Of a stretch of 64,000 nt of DNA, positions 37,244-48,218 are shown piece by piece. Location of the stretch: assembly GCA_902580215.1 (NCBI GenBank), contig CACHJT010000002.1:1789-65788 (forward strand), read 5' to 3'. Made by a program: the position numbers and the translations under genes. How positions within the stretch are numbered: the first letter of the stretch is position 1; each line of letters begins with the position of its first letter. Below the pieces are notes generated by a model, which saw only the letters and a program-made list of their open reading frames with translations, searched no databases and was not told the origin of the DNA. The stretch comes from an uncultured Candidatus Actinomarina sp. Its GTDB lineage: Bacteria; Actinomycetota; Acidimicrobiia; Actinomarinales; Actinomarinaceae.

Positions 37244-38721
37244 TATCTTCTTTTAGCTATATTAATATACTCAAAGTTTAGCAAGTTTAATGAGACAAAA
37301 ATCACTACAGGTATAAGTAACAAGCTAAAAATTAAATTTAATATTCCAGAGAGTGAAACTGCGACACCAAAAACAAAATAAATTAAAAAAAGAATCAAGA
37401 TAATTTTAGAAAACTCAACTACTAAATTTTTATTAAATATTTTTTCCGAATTAAATTTAATCGATACGAGTAGCACTATGCAGTATATGTATAAGGAGAA
37501 AATTATAATCCATGCATATGTCTGAGAATTACTTGCAGCATTAAATAGTATGATTGAAGTTAAAAGAGTAATAAAGCTACCCGTTACTACAGGAAACCAA
37601 AATTTTTGCTGGACATAATACGATCTTGTAAGAATCTGGTTGATAGACCAAGGAATTGTTGCAAGAGAAATAATTACAAATACTCCGCTAACTCGAGCTG
37701 TATCTGTACTTGTAAAAGCTCCTCGTTCATAGATTATTTTTATTAAGTAATCTGCATTTATAATTGCACCAACCATCAACGACCCACCAATTAGAAACAA
37801 ATAAGATAGCTGTTTTTTTACTAGTTTAGATAATTCATCAATTTCATTTTTTTGATATAGCCTAGAAAGCAAGGGATAGCTTGCCACTCCAACTGCCTGA
37901 GCAACAATACCAACCGGAAGAAGGGCTATCCTCCTTGCGTATCTAAACGTTGCAACACTTCCAGCCGTAAGAAATGTACCAAAAATTCTAAATAGCTGCT
38001 CATCAATTACTGCAATTGATTGACCAATAATTAATGGGAATGAAATAACAATGTATTCTCTCAAGTGTTTTATTTTTGGAAAGAGAAAATAAAAATTTAA
38101 TCCTGATTTCTTTGCACCATAAATCTGAATTATAAAATGACCTATTATTGAACCAATTAATGTTCCAAGAGCAAAACCTTCAACAGTTGCTTCGGGGGAT
38201 GATGAATTTATCCATCCAAATAAAATAATTGTTGAGTTATAAATTACTGGCGCAAGTGCCGCATATTTAAAGCTGTCATGAAAATATTGATACGACATAA
38301 GTATTGCTCCAATAAAGAAAAATACCTGGCTAAAGATAATTGGAGTAAATACTTTTGTAAAAAAATCTAATGACTCGATCTCTAAAAACTCTGCAAATTG
38401 AAATCTTAAAGAGTATGTTATCACTGAAAAAAGCACAAAAACTATTGAAAGTCCGTAAAGAATCGAAAGGAAATATTTTTCTAACTCTTCATTGTCTTTT
38501 TTACTCATTATTGGTATCAATGTGATTGCTAGATAACCTCCAGCAGAGAGATAGAAAAGAAAGTCGGGAATTATAAATGCTAAGTCCAATGTATCTGTAG
38601 CTTCAGACACTCCTGCCCAATTAGCTAGGAGTATTTCCCTAAAAAATCCAAGCACTCTACTTGCTGCATAAGAAAAAGTTATTATTGAGATAGATCCAAT
38701 TAATTTTTTATAATTTTGCAT
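37243..38721 (-). CDS. murJ: Lipid II flippase
   Basis: SRVLGFFRE, AF.IP, LP.G, RGAF...DT. Confidence 0.9.
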   Translation of the reverse strand: MQNYKKLIGSISIITFSYAASRVLGFFREILLANWAGVSEATDTLDLAFIIPDFLFYLSAGGYLAITLIPIMSKKDNEELEKYFLSILYGLSIVFVLFSVITYSLRFQFAEFLEIESLDFFTKVFTPIIFSQVFFFIGAILMSYQYFHDSFKYAALAPVIYNSTIILFGWINSSSPEATVEGFALGTLIGSIIGHFIIQIYGAKKSGLNFYFLFPKIKHLREYIVISFPLIIGQSIAVIDEQLFRIFGTFLTAGSVATFRYARRIALLPVGIVAQAVGVASYPLLSRLYQKNEIDELSKLVKKQLSYLFLIGGSLMVGAIINADYLIKIIYERGAFTSTDTARVSGVFVIISLATIPWSINQILTRSYYVQQKFWFPVVTGSFITLLTSIILFNAASNSQTYAWIIIFSLYIYCIVLLVSIKFNSEKIFNKNLVVEFSKIILILFLIYFVFGVAVSLSGILNLIFSLLLIPVVIFVSLNLLNFEYINIAKRR

Positions 38722-39586
38722 GCAACTCTTTCATTTTAGATAGTAATTCATAGGGAACCTTTATTGGGGAATTTTCGTACCCTATACCTAATAGATTGTT
38801 TGGTTTCCTACTTCCATGAAAATCACTACCACCTGATACTAAAAGATTTTGATTTTCACACACTTCTAGCAATGTATTGATGGTGTTATGAGAGTATCCT
38901 GGATAATAAACTTCAATTCCGTCAATATCCATATCTTTAAGCGTCTGAATATAATTATGAAATTTATTATCTATCCAGTTGTCTGACTTGGAATATAATT
39001 TATTGCTCATAAGAGTATGAGGATGAGCAAGAAACACTAAAGATTTTGATTGCTTTGCTAAATTTATAATTTCTTTGATGCCCAACTGGTGATTATCAAT
39101 CCCATCTATTTTTCCATTACCAAGATATTTTGAAAAAGCCTCAGAAATGTTTGAAACATAATTTTTTTTAACCATAAGTTCTGCAATATGAGGCCTTCCA
39201 GGTACCTTTGTCTCTAAGCTATCAAGATCTTTTTTATCAATATAAATTTCAAATTCTTCCAAATTATTAATAATTGAATAATTTCTTTCAATTTTATTTT
39301 GCCTCAATTCAATGAGTTTTTTATCTAAGGGGGACTCTTCATTAAGAAAATATACCAACAAATGAGTACCGCCAAATTTGTTAGTATCATCAAGAAGATC
39401 CCAACTTACACTTATTTCTACACCTTGGATTATCTCTATATTGTTTTGTTGAGGAACCTTAGTGAGGTATTCATGGTCTGAAATACAAATAGCCTCTAAT
39501 TGTAGTTCGATAGAGGATTCAATAATAGCTTCAGTTGAATCAGTTCCGTCAGAATTTACTGAATGAACATGTAAATCTATACTCAT
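38708..39586 (-). CDS. PHP-domain phosphoesterase (TrpH/YciV-like)
   Basis: DLHVHS..SDG, SDHE, GRPHIA, AHP, GGSDFHG. Confidence 0.9.
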   Translation of the reverse strand: MSIDLHVHSVNSDGTDSTEAIIESSIELQLEAICISDHEYLTKVPQQNNIEIIQGVEISVSWDLLDDTNKFGGTHLLVYFLNEESPLDKKLIELRQNKIERNYSIINNLEEFEIYIDKKDLDSLETKVPGRPHIAELMVKKNYVSNISEAFSKYLGNGKIDGIDNHQLGIKEIINLAKQSKSLVFLAHPHTLMSNKLYSKSDNWIDNKFHNYIQTLKDMDIDGIEVYYPGYSHNTINTLLEVCENQNLLVSGGSDFHGSRKPNNLLGIGYENSPIKVPYELLSKMKELHAKL

Positions 39587-39641
39587 AAAACTAGAGTACT
39601 AGGGTCTTTAATTCTTTAATAAATTAATTAGAATGTTTCCA

Positions 39642-40853
39642 ATGAGTTTAATAGTACAAAAATTTGGCGGTACGAGTGTCGCAGATACAGATTCACTCAG
39701 AATTGTTGCTGAGAGAATTATCGATTGCAAGAAAAACGGTAATGAGATAGTAGTTGTTCCGTCTGCAATGGGTTCAAGTACAGATGAATTAATTCAACTT
39801 GCTAACGATCTCTCAGAAAACCCAACACCAAGGGAACTGGATATGCTCCTGTCAGCAGGTGAGAGAATCACAATGTCTTTATTGTCAATGCATCTAAACA
39901 GTCTTGGATACAGCTCTTTTTCTCTTACTGGTTCACAAGCTGGGATAATTACAACATCTAGACACGGACAAGCTGAAATAGAGGAAATAACTGGTGAAAG
40001 AGTTAAAGAAGGCTTAGAGAACGGCGACATTGTAATTGTTGCTGGGTTTCAGGGGTTTAACAGAGACACTAAAGAAATAACAACTTTAGGGAGAGGAGGT
40101 TCTGATGCGACTGCAGTTGCACTTGCTGCTGCTCTTGGAGCAGAGAGATGCGAAATATTTACTGATGTAGAAGGAGTATTTACTGCAGATCCGAGAGTAG
40201 TCAACTCTGCTGAATTAATTCCAGAAATTACCTATGAAGAAATGTTAGAAATGGCTTCTTCAGGCGCTGGAGTTTTAATGGCTAGGTCTGTAGAATTCGG
40301 CAGAAGGTATAATGTACCAATACTTGTAAAATCAACGTTTACAAATAATGAAGGTACTGAAGTAAAAGAGAAAGTTATGGAAGAAGCATTAGTTAGCGGA
40401 GTTACTCATAATACTAAAGAAGTTAAATTTACTCTTTTTGAGGTACCAGATCAACCTGGAATTGCAGGAACAGTTTTTGGTTCATTATCCGAGATAGGTA
40501 TCAATGTAGATATGATTGTTCAAAATGTGTCCAAAGACTCAATAACCGATATTTCATTTACCGCACCTACTGAACAAAAGGATGCTGTTGAAGACATGTT
40601 AAAAAATATTGCTATAGAACTTAAAGCCAAAGGTTATGATGTTGATGAAAATGTCGGAAGAGTTTCAATAATCGGTGCTGGGATGAAATCAGAATCAGGG
40701 GTCGCATCGAAAATGTTTAAAATACTAGGGGAAAACTCAATAAATATTTCAATGATTTCAACATCCCCTATCAGAGTTTCTTGTGTAATTGACAGTAAAG
40801 ATATAAACGCTGCTTTGGAAGCTTTACATAAGGAATTCATAGAAAAAGAATGA
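39642..40853 (+). CDS. lysC: Aspartate kinase
   Basis: VQKFGGTSV, TTLGRGGSD, two ACT domains; start reassigned to MSLIVQK (TAGAAT 7 nt upstream). Confidence 0.96.
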   Translation: MSLIVQKFGGTSVADTDSLRIVAERIIDCKKNGNEIVVVPSAMGSSTDELIQLANDLSENPTPRELDMLLSAGERITMSLLSMHLNSLGYSSFSLTGSQAGIITTSRHGQAEIEEITGERVKEGLENGDIVIVAGFQGFNRDTKEITTLGRGGSDATAVALAAALGAERCEIFTDVEGVFTADPRVVNSAELIPEITYEEMLEMASSGAGVLMARSVEFGRRYNVPILVKSTFTNNEGTEVKEKVMEEALVSGVTHNTKEVKFTLFEVPDQPGIAGTVFGSLSEIGINVDMIVQNVSKDSITDISFTAPTEQKDAVEDMLKNIAIELKAKGYDVDENVGRVSIIGAGMKSESGVASKMFKILGENSINISMISTSPIRVSCVIDSKDINAALEALHKEFIEKE

Positions 40854-41836
40854 AGATAGCAATTGTTGGTGCAACAGGCCTTGTTGGCACAAATATTATA
40901 AATTTATGTGAACAGTATTTCGATGTAGGTATTGAATACTCACTTTTTGCTTCAAAATCCTCAGAAGGAAAGAAAATAAAAATTAACGACAAAGAACTAA
41001 CCGTTAAAGAACTTAATAAAGAAAATATTGGAGAATACAACATTTCACTATTTTCAGCCGGTGGTGAAAGGTCTAAAGAATACGCAACTAATTTCATAGA
41101 CAATGGTTCGTTTGTTATAGACAACTCATCTGTTTTTCGAATGAACGATGAAGTTCCTCTTGTGGTGTATGGAATTAATGAAAACATAATTACAAAAGAA
41201 TCAAAACTAATATCTAATCCAAACTGTACAACAATGGGATTAGTAATGGCTTTAAAGCCCCTACATGATAGGTACACTCTATCTTCCATGACCCCTGTTG
41301 CTTATCAGGCAGTGTCTGGATCAGGGTCTGAAGCTATAAAATCATTGGAAAAAGAGAACTTATTAGGTGATAAGCTAGATGCAAATTATCAACAGGCTTA
41401 TTATACAAATCCAATAGCTCGGAACGTTATTCCTCTTGCAGGAAGCTTAACTGATAACGGATACTCTGATGAAGAAATGAAATTTGTCCATGAATCAAGA
41501 AAAATATTATCGATTCCAGATTTAGTTGTTGAACCATCTAATGCAAGGGTTGGAGTAAGAACAGGTCATGGAACTTTTTGCTCTGCAGTGTTTGAAAATG
41601 AAGTTGACCTGGAGGAATGCACTGATTTACTAAATAATTTTGAAGGTGTAGAAGTCTGGAATGATTCATTACCAACACCAATAGATGTAGAAGGCAAAGA
41701 CGAGGTCTTGGTTTCAAGACTTAGACAAGGTCTTTCATCAAAAAATATTTTAAACTTTTGGGTAGTCTCTGACAACCTTTTAAAAGGTGCTGCTTTAAAT
41801 GCAGTGCAGATAGCTAAGTTTGTGGAAAAATTATGA
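40850..41836 (+). CDS. asd: Aspartate-semialdehyde dehydrogenase
   Basis: VGATGLVG, NPNCTT, QAVSGSG, DNLLKGAALN. Confidence 0.96.
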   Translation: MKIAIVGATGLVGTNIINLCEQYFDVGIEYSLFASKSSEGKKIKINDKELTVKELNKENIGEYNISLFSAGGERSKEYATNFIDNGSFVIDNSSVFRMNDEVPLVVYGINENIITKESKLISNPNCTTMGLVMALKPLHDRYTLSSMTPVAYQAVSGSGSEAIKSLEKENLLGDKLDANYQQAYYTNPIARNVIPLAGSLTDNGYSDEEMKFVHESRKILSIPDLVVEPSNARVGVRTGHGTFCSAVFENEVDLEECTDLLNNFEGVEVWNDSLPTPIDVEGKDEVLVSRLRQGLSSKNILNFWVVSDNLLKGAALNAVQIAKFVEKL

Positions 41837-42483
41837 TTTCTACGAATGAAAAACTAGCAAAAAAACAAAGAAAAATATTAGGTCCTCTAGGAAGGTTGTT
41901 ACTAAAAGTTTTTAGATGGGAAATTAAAGGAAAAATTCCTGATTTGGAAAAAATGATACTTATAGGCATTCCTCATACAGCTATGAGAGATGCCTGGTAT
42001 GCGTTACTAGCTGTATGGGCATTAGATTTAAAAGTAAATTTTTTTGGAGCAGCTTGGGTATTTACGAGGCTTCCAAGTTTATTTACTATATCTAAAAATT
42101 TAGACAGGCAGGGTATTCCCTGGCCATTCTGGTGGTTACAAAAGTACTTGATGCTAAAGCTCGGTGGTATACCTGTTTATCGTGTTAACTCCAAAGGGCT
42201 AATTAGAGGAGCTGTTGAAGAATTTAAAACTATTAATAACTACATTTTAGTTATAGCTCCAGAAGGGGGAGTTGAACCTGTTAAGCAATTTAGAAGTGGC
42301 TTTTATTATTTAGCAAAAGGATTAAATATTCCTTACGTACCAATTGAAATTGATTTTAAAAATAGGTGTTTTGCAATTCAAGAGCCTAAATATATAACTG
42401 GAACCTTTGAACAAGAATCAGAAAAAATAGCAAGTTTGTTTAGTGGAGTTGAAGGAGCAACTAGAACTTTTAAAATGTTATAA
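41833..42483 (+). CDS. 1-acyl-sn-glycerol-3-phosphate acyltransferase-like protein
   Basis: PHT...D, GGIPV.R, APEG, SGFY. Confidence 0.82.
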   Translation: MISTNEKLAKKQRKILGPLGRLLLKVFRWEIKGKIPDLEKMILIGIPHTAMRDAWYALLAVWALDLKVNFFGAAWVFTRLPSLFTISKNLDRQGIPWPFWWLQKYLMLKLGGIPVYRVNSKGLIRGAVEEFKTINNYILVIAPEGGVEPVKQFRSGFYYLAKGLNIPYVPIEIDFKNRCFAIQEPKYITGTFEQESEKIASLFSGVEGATRTFKML

Positions 42484-43153
42484 AGAAGGGAACAAATAGA
42501 CTCAATATATAGTTACCAACTGGTATTTGCTTTAATCCCAAAAGATTAATTCCAACACCTACAAGTAAAACTCCACCAATACCTGCAATTGAATCTGCTA
42601 CAACTTGGTCTATAGAACCCCCAAGACCTAATGCGCACAACGTAAAAAACCCTTGATAGATTAGAATAGAAATTCCAGAGTATCCGGCTCCTTTTCCACC
42701 ACTTGAAGTTAGAAAAAGCACAAGAAAACAATCGAGTGCTGTTTTAATTAAAAGTAACTCTATATTCCCTTCGACTACATCTAGAAAGGGGCCAACTATA
42801 GCAAGCGGCCCAGTAACTACTATTAAAGATGCAGTTAAATAGCTTTCAATAAACTTACTTTTTTCTGAACTATCTTTTTCAAATTTATTATGTAGATATT
42901 CTCCAAAACTTTTTATTCTCTCTTCTATTCTTAAGAAAGAACCTATAATTGCACCAATTAATACTGCTACTAATGTCAGTAAAAACTCGGGACTTTTTAG
43001 CGACTCCCTTATTCCAAGTGTTAGAACAAGAAGACCAAGTGGTAATAAATTGTTTTCGAAATTTTTAATTTCTTTTTTTACGAAAAACCTTGTTAAAATT
43101 CCAACACCAATTACAGCAAAGGAATTTATTAGTGTACCTATTCCTGGAATCAT
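42470..43153 (-). CDS. DUF554 family membrane protein
   Basis: GTLIN, GPLAIVG, K..LD, GG.LL...G.NLLG. Confidence 0.85.
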   Translation of the reverse strand: MIPGIGTLINSFAVIGVGILTRFFVKKEIKNFENNLLPLGLLVLTLGIRESLKSPEFLLTLVAVLIGAIIGSFLRIEERIKSFGEYLHNKFEKDSSEKSKFIESYLTASLIVVTGPLAIVGPFLDVVEGNIELLLIKTALDCFLVLFLTSSGGKGAGYSGISILIYQGFFTLCALGLGGSIDQVVADSIAGIGGVLLVGVGINLLGLKQIPVGNYILSLFVPFFITF

Positions 43154-43716
43154 TATTTTTTAAAGTCAGTATGACTTCTACTTGGAGTGGGCCCTTCTTG
43201 CCCTTGGTACTTACTACCATAAGTTTCTGATCCATATTCAGACTCTGAAGGCGAATTCAAATAATAAAAAGAAATTTGACCAATCTTCATCTCAGGGTAA
43301 ATTTTTATCGGAAGATTTGCTACGTTTGAAAGTTCAAGTGTTAAGTATCCAGAAAATCCTGGATCAACAAAACCTGCAGTAGAGTGAATTAATAAACCAA
43401 TTCTTCCAAGTGAACTTTTTCCTTCGAGTCTGGCAACAACTTTATTTGAAAGAGAAACTTTTTCAAACGTAGTTCCAAGTACAAATTCACCAGGATGAAG
43501 TACAAATGGTTCTTCAATCGTTGCAGTTACCAGTGAAGTTAGATCATCTTGTTGAGCTTTTGGGTCAATATGTGAATATTTGTGGTTTTCAAAAACTCTA
43601 AAATCAGCTCCTACTCTTAGATCTACACTTGAAGGTTGGATATAATCCTCAATCAATGGAGATATTTCAATATCATTATTTTTAATTGAGTTTTTTATGT
43701 CTATATCTGATAACAT
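43153..43716 (-). CDS. dcd: dCTP deaminase
   Basis: [32 protein letters not shown]. Confidence 0.96.
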   Translation of the reverse strand: MLSDIDIKNSIKNNDIEISPLIEDYIQPSSVDLRVGADFRVFENHKYSHIDPKAQQDDLTSLVTATIEEPFVLHPGEFVLGTTFEKVSLSNKVVARLEGKSSLGRIGLLIHSTAGFVDPGFSGYLTLELSNVANLPIKIYPEMKIGQISFYYLNSPSESEYGSETYGSKYQGQEGPTPSRSHTDFKK

Positions 43717-43759
43717 TTTTCCCCTTACTCTTTGAATATATTAATCGTTTTATAAAAAA

Positions 43760-43960
43760 TTATCTGTTTATTAAAGATGCAATAGACCAGATAGTTATTA
43801 AAAGACCAACACCAGTTAAAAAAATAGTTCTTCTTAAATACATATTTTCTCTTTTATGATTCTTGTTAAAAAAAGCTGCGAGGTTTCCTGCAACCATAGC
43901 TGCTCCAACACCTAGCAAAAGAAGAATAATTGTTAAATCAAGTGCAAATGGATCGTTCAT
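43760..43960 (-). CDS. Small 2-TM membrane protein
   Basis: 66-aa ORF with two hydrophobic helices. Confidence 0.65.
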   Translation of the reverse strand: MNDPFALDLTIILLLLGVGAAMVAGNLAAFFNKNHKRENMYLRRTIFLTGVGLLITIWSIASLINR

Positions 43961-43976
43961 AACTTATATTATGATA

Positions 43977-44828
43977 ATGAATATGATCAAAGCTAGTGAA
44001 GTGATTGAAATATTTTTAAAGTATGGCATTTCAAATTCAAAAGATGAAAGTAAATATGAGATTTCAGAACTAGACGGCATTACAAATACAAGCTATGTAG
44101 TAGATCTGGATAGTGAAAAGTATGTTTTAAGAATACCTGGTGATAACCCAGATGTAATTAATAGAAAATCTGAAAAACAAAATACATTAAAGGCACAGGA
44201 ATATGGATTGACTTTACCTTATATAATTTTTGATGAAAATACAGGTGTTAAAATTTCCAAATATTTTGATATATACACATATAAATCTTCTGATTTTAAA
44301 AACGAAAATATGAGAAAGGAAGCCTTCAAAAAGCTGTTTGATTTACACAATTCAGATTTAGTTTTTGAAAATAATTTTTCACCTCTCAATGTGTTTAGCG
44401 AAATTGCTGATATTTCTAATTCAATCGAGAGAGATGCAAAAGAAGTTGGTTTTGAGATTATTGAAAAAATTAAAGAAATTGGTATTAATAATGAACCTTG
44501 TCACCAAGATCTTTATTCAGGTAATTTTGTAGTATATGATGACCAAACATACCTAATTGACTGGGAATATTCATCGATGGGAGACAAGTATTTTGATTAC
44601 GCAGACTTATTTTGGCAAAATGAGTTCGACTTAGACAAGAATATGCGTCAACAGGCACTCAATGAAATTAATATTCAAAAAAAAGATGAAATCGAAAAGT
44701 TTGAATATTTTGAAATACTATCAATGATTACTTGGGGATTATGGGCATTAAAACGTTCTCCAGAGGACAATGATGGTAAAAACGCTTTATTAAAAGCAAT
44801 AAATCTTGGTACTGATAAAAAACTTTAA
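43977..44828 (+). CDS. Choline/ethanolamine kinase-like phosphotransferase
   Basis: G.TN..Y, VLRIPG, CHQDL..GN, LIDWEYS.MGD..FD; start at 43977 or 43983 avoids overlap with the opposite-strand gene. Confidence 0.85.
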   Translation: MNMIKASEVIEIFLKYGISNSKDESKYEISELDGITNTSYVVDLDSEKYVLRIPGDNPDVINRKSEKQNTLKAQEYGLTLPYIIFDENTGVKISKYFDIYTYKSSDFKNENMRKEAFKKLFDLHNSDLVFENNFSPLNVFSEIADISNSIERDAKEVGFEIIEKIKEIGINNEPCHQDLYSGNFVVYDDQTYLIDWEYSSMGDKYFDYADLFWQNEFDLDKNMRQQALNEINIQKKDEIEKFEYFEILSMITWGLWALKRSPEDNDGKNALLKAINLGTDKKL

Positions 44829-44899
44829 AAAGATTTTCAATTAATCATGAAAATCCGTTAGACTTTCGCAGTTAGGAAAAAAGGAAAAAAATTTAATTT

Positions 44900-44995
44900 A
44901 TGGGATCTTTGATTAAAAAAAGACGTAAAAAAATGTCAAAACATAAATATCGTAAACGTCGTAAATCAAATAGACATAAGAAGAAAAGCGTTTAG
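44900..44995 (+). CDS. Small basic ribosomal protein bS22 (AURKAIP1/COX24-domain)
   Basis: MGSLIKKRRKKMSKHKYRKRRKSNRHKKKSV matches the actinobacterial MGS.IKKRRK.M.K.K pattern; AAGGA upstream. Confidence 0.88.
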   Translation: MGSLIKKRRKKMSKHKYRKRRKSNRHKKKSV

Positions 44996-45844
44996 TTAAA
45001 TTTCTCTCTCTTCATTTAAGAAATCTTCAATTTGTTGAACAAGATTATCTTCTGAAAAATTATCTTCGATACTAACATCAGCTTCTTCTAATTTAGAAAC
45101 GTACTCTGCTAAATCTTGAGAGTTTTCCATAGCCTTGTTAATTTTTAGTTCAAACTGTTGTCCTTCACTTTGAATTCCAGAATCATCAATATCAATTTTT
45201 AAGATATCGGAAGTTTTATTTAACAGTGCACTCATTCCTTTAGGATAACCACCACTACTTAGGTAATGAGGAACAGCTGCCCAAAGTCCTGCAGTCTCGA
45301 TACCGTTATCTCTGAGTGTTTGCCCAACAACACTAGTGATGCCTGTAGGTCCAGAATAATTTGGATTTAAGACATTGTATCTTGAATGAAATGTTGGATC
45401 TCCACTAACACCAAATATTGGTACAGGAAGCGTGTGTGCAACTTGTCCAAAAAAAGCACCTAAAGTTACTGCTTTTTTTACTCCAAGCTCAAGCAGCGTA
45501 TCCGAAATGTTTCTTGAGTAATCTTTCCACTTCATTGATGGTTCTTCACCAAAAACTAATATCAAATCACTTTTTAACTTGTAGTCTTCAATTGAGTAAA
45601 AAGATGTTTGGGGCCAATGAAAGTTTCTTTCTCCAAAGTCTTTAACTTCAACAATTGGCCTTCTCATTTGGTAGTTATAATATGAATCTGAGTTTAATTC
45701 TGCAAACGGTTCAACGTCATACGTACTGCTCAAGTTCTCAACACAACCGGTGGCAGTGTTGCCAGCATCACTCCAACCTTCGAATGCAAGTATTGCAACA
45801 GGTTCTGATAAAAGTGGCTTTCTATACCAAACTACATCTTCCAT
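44996..45844 (-). CDS. PAC2 (proteasome assembly chaperone-like) family protein
   Basis: AFEGW.DAG, G.EP...W, Y.GPTGI, WAAVPHY. Confidence 0.88.
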   Translation of the reverse strand: MEDVVWYRKPLLSEPVAILAFEGWSDAGNTATGCVENLSSTYDVEPFAELNSDSYYNYQMRRPIVEVKDFGERNFHWPQTSFYSIEDYKLKSDLILVFGEEPSMKWKDYSRNISDTLLELGVKKAVTLGAFFGQVAHTLPVPIFGVSGDPTFHSRYNVLNPNYSGPTGITSVVGQTLRDNGIETAGLWAAVPHYLSSGGYPKGMSALLNKTSDILKIDIDDSGIQSEGQQFELKINKAMENSQDLAEYVSKLEEADVSIEDNFSEDNLVQQIEDFLNEEREI

Positions 45845-45887
45845 ATTTGAAGAATAATGTTGCGATAGATTTATTTAAGATTAATTT

Positions 45888-47966
45888 TTAGAGTTTTCTT
45901 GAAGAGTTTATAACAACCGAAATACTAGAAAGTGCCATTGCTAGTGCTGCCAAATTCGGTGTAATTAGGCCAACAACTGCAATAGGTATCATTAGTGTGT
46001 TGTATATAAAGGCGAGAAAAAGATTTTGATATATTCTATGTTTTGATTTTTTTGAAAGATTAAATACTTCACTAAGAGTTTCTAAACCTCCTTTGTGGAT
46101 TAATATATCTCCAGAAACTTGTGCAATCTGGCTACTAGAAGAGGTAGTTACTCCAACATCAGCTTGTTTAATTGACGGTGAATCATTAACTCCATCGCCA
46201 ACAAAAATTACCCTCTCGTCTTTTTGGATGTCTTTTATAAAATCAAGTTTTTCCTCAGGACTTTTATCAGAATAAAATTCTTTTATGTTTTGTTCTTCAG
46301 CAAATTTTTCTACATTAACTTTTTTATCACCAGAGAGAATTACGATATTCTTCTCTTCTTTAAGTTCTTTTAAAAAATTGTTAGACACGGATGATTCCTC
46401 TTCTAGGTATAAAAAATAATCCAGATCATTTATTGAAACTATAAGTGAAGAGTCATTTTTCTCTTTGTTTTTTTCAATTTTAATAAGTTGCTCTTCAACA
46501 ATGCCTTCAATTCCAACGCCGGGTTTTTCTTTTATATTTGAAGCAGGAAGAAGTGTTAAATCCTCTAACTCTGCTTGATAAACAATACTTTTTGCAATTG
46601 GGTGTTGAGAATAGTTTTCAAGACTTGCAATCAACTGCAATACAGTACTTTTTGGAATAGTTTCATTAGGCATCTGAATTTCTTTAATTTTAAAGATACC
46701 GGAGGAAAGAGTACCCGTTTTGTCGAAAACCATTGTATTTATGTCTCCAAACTTTTGAAGAATATCAAAATTCTTAAAAAGAAAGCCTTTTAGTTTGCTG
46801 ACTGTTGCAGTTTTAAATAAAACTATTGGGGTCGCTAGTCCCAGTGCACATGGACATGCAATAACTAATACAGCTATTGCATTTTTTAAGGCGTCTATCA
46901 AGGCAACATCTTGAATTAGATACTTGAAGGCAAAAGTGCTAAAACTAGTAAATAAAACAACCGGTACAAAATACTGTGTAATTGTGTCGAGTGATTTTTG
47001 AATGTCTGGCTTAGTTCCCTGAGCATTTCTGATTAAGTCTTCGATAATGTTATAAGTTGATTTTTGGTAAGATTCTTTTACTTCAATCTCTATATTTCCT
47101 TGTAAATTAATACTTCCTCCAACAACCTGATCTCCTCTTTCCTTTGTTAAAGGAATAGACTCTCCAGTAAGAAGGCTTTCATCAACAGTAGTTTCACCTT
47201 CAATAATCTCACCATCAACGGGAATAATGTCACCGACCATTACATTGAAACGATCTTTTTCTTTAACATCTTTTGTAGGTATTTCAATTCTGCCTTCATC
47301 TCTATTTACTATCAAAGTTTTTGGCATACGACTTTTTATTGACTCTGATGTTTTCACAGACTCTTCTATTACTCTATCTTCTACTGCTTTACCAATAAGC
47401 AAAAAAGACACAATAAAAGCTCCAGTATCAAGAAACATTTTATTTCCACCTGATGTAGAACTCACTGAAGAAACCAGCTCAGCAGGTAATAGAGAAATTA
47501 ACAAAGAACTCAAACTTCCAAGCGAAATCAAAGTGTCCATATTGAAATCAAGATTTTTAATTTTTTTAAATGCAGATATATGGAAATTTCTTCCAAGAAT
47601 TAAAATAACAAAAAAACCTATAAGGTAGGAAATTAAATCTAGGCCTGCTTCAAAAAAATACCTAAGAGAAACAGTCATTAATAATGAAGCTATTGGGGTA
47701 AATATTTTAAATTTGATATTTTTTTCAGTGTTATCTTCAGCAGCTTCTTTTGCTTTATAGCCAATCTTATTTACTGATTTAATAATTTCATTAAAATCAA
47801 CACCTTCATCATCTGCGATATCTACAATTGCAGATTTTAAAGGAAAGCTCACTGATGCATCTAATACATGTTCATTTTTTGTTAGTACACGCTCAACTCT
47901 TGCAGCACAAGCCGCACAAGTCATACCATCAATATCTAAATTGACAGATTTAGCTTGATTCGACAA
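45888..47966 (-). CDS. copA: Copper-translocating P1B-type ATPase
   Basis: GMTCAAC, TGES, CPC, DKTGT, HP, GDGVND, YN, MA.SS. Confidence 0.93.
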   Translation of the reverse strand: MSNQAKSVNLDIDGMTCAACAARVERVLTKNEHVLDASVSFPLKSAIVDIADDEGVDFNEIIKSVNKIGYKAKEAAEDNTEKNIKFKIFTPIASLLMTVSLRYFFEAGLDLISYLIGFFVILILGRNFHISAFKKIKNLDFNMDTLISLGSLSSLLISLLPAELVSSVSSTSGGNKMFLDTGAFIVSFLLIGKAVEDRVIEESVKTSESIKSRMPKTLIVNRDEGRIEIPTKDVKEKDRFNVMVGDIIPVDGEIIEGETTVDESLLTGESIPLTKERGDQVVGGSINLQGNIEIEVKESYQKSTYNIIEDLIRNAQGTKPDIQKSLDTITQYFVPVVLFTSFSTFAFKYLIQDVALIDALKNAIAVLVIACPCALGLATPIVLFKTATVSKLKGFLFKNFDILQKFGDINTMVFDKTGTLSSGIFKIKEIQMPNETIPKSTVLQLIASLENYSQHPIAKSIVYQAELEDLTLLPASNIKEKPGVGIEGIVEEQLIKIEKNKEKNDSSLIVSINDLDYFLYLEEESSVSNNFLKELKEEKNIVILSGDKKVNVEKFAEEQNIKEFYSDKSPEEKLDFIKDIQKDERVIFVGDGVNDSPSIKQADVGVTTSSSSQIAQVSGDILIHKGGLETLSEVFNLSKKSKHRIYQNLFLAFIYNTLMIPIAVVGLITPNLAALAMALSSISVVINSSRKL

Positions 47967-48159
47967 CCGTATAGCCTTGTTCGTCGAGCATGTTAGAAAC
48001 TAGAGACAAATCTAGATCTGAGGAAGACTTAACTTCTACTGATTTTTGATCAATATCAACATTGACAGCTTCAACATTTTCGAGACTATTTACAGTTGAC
48101 TCAATTGTTTCTTTACAGTGTCCACAACTAATTTCAGGTACAGTAAATTTTGTTTCCAT
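47950..48159 (-). CDS. copZ: Copper chaperone
   Basis: HMA domain SCGHC...GY, immediately upstream of copA. Confidence 0.9.
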   Translation of the reverse strand: METKFTVPEISCGHCKETIESTVNSLENVEAVNVDIDQKSVEVKSSSDLDLSLVSNMLDEQGYTVVESS

Positions 48160-48186
48160 AATTAAATAATAATAATGATGTGTTTA

Positions 48187-48218
48187 TAAAATAAGCCCCT
48201 ATTTTCATAGGGGCTTAT
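48187..48218 (-). terminator. Intrinsic terminator after ORF 48263-48457
   Basis: 12-bp stem ATAAGCCCCTAT/ATAGGGGCTTAT, GAAA loop and U tail on minus strand. Confidence 0.8.

Noticed and set aside
48160-48190. CsoR/CopY operator upstream of copZA
   Set aside because: No recognisable palindrome in the short AT-rich spacer.
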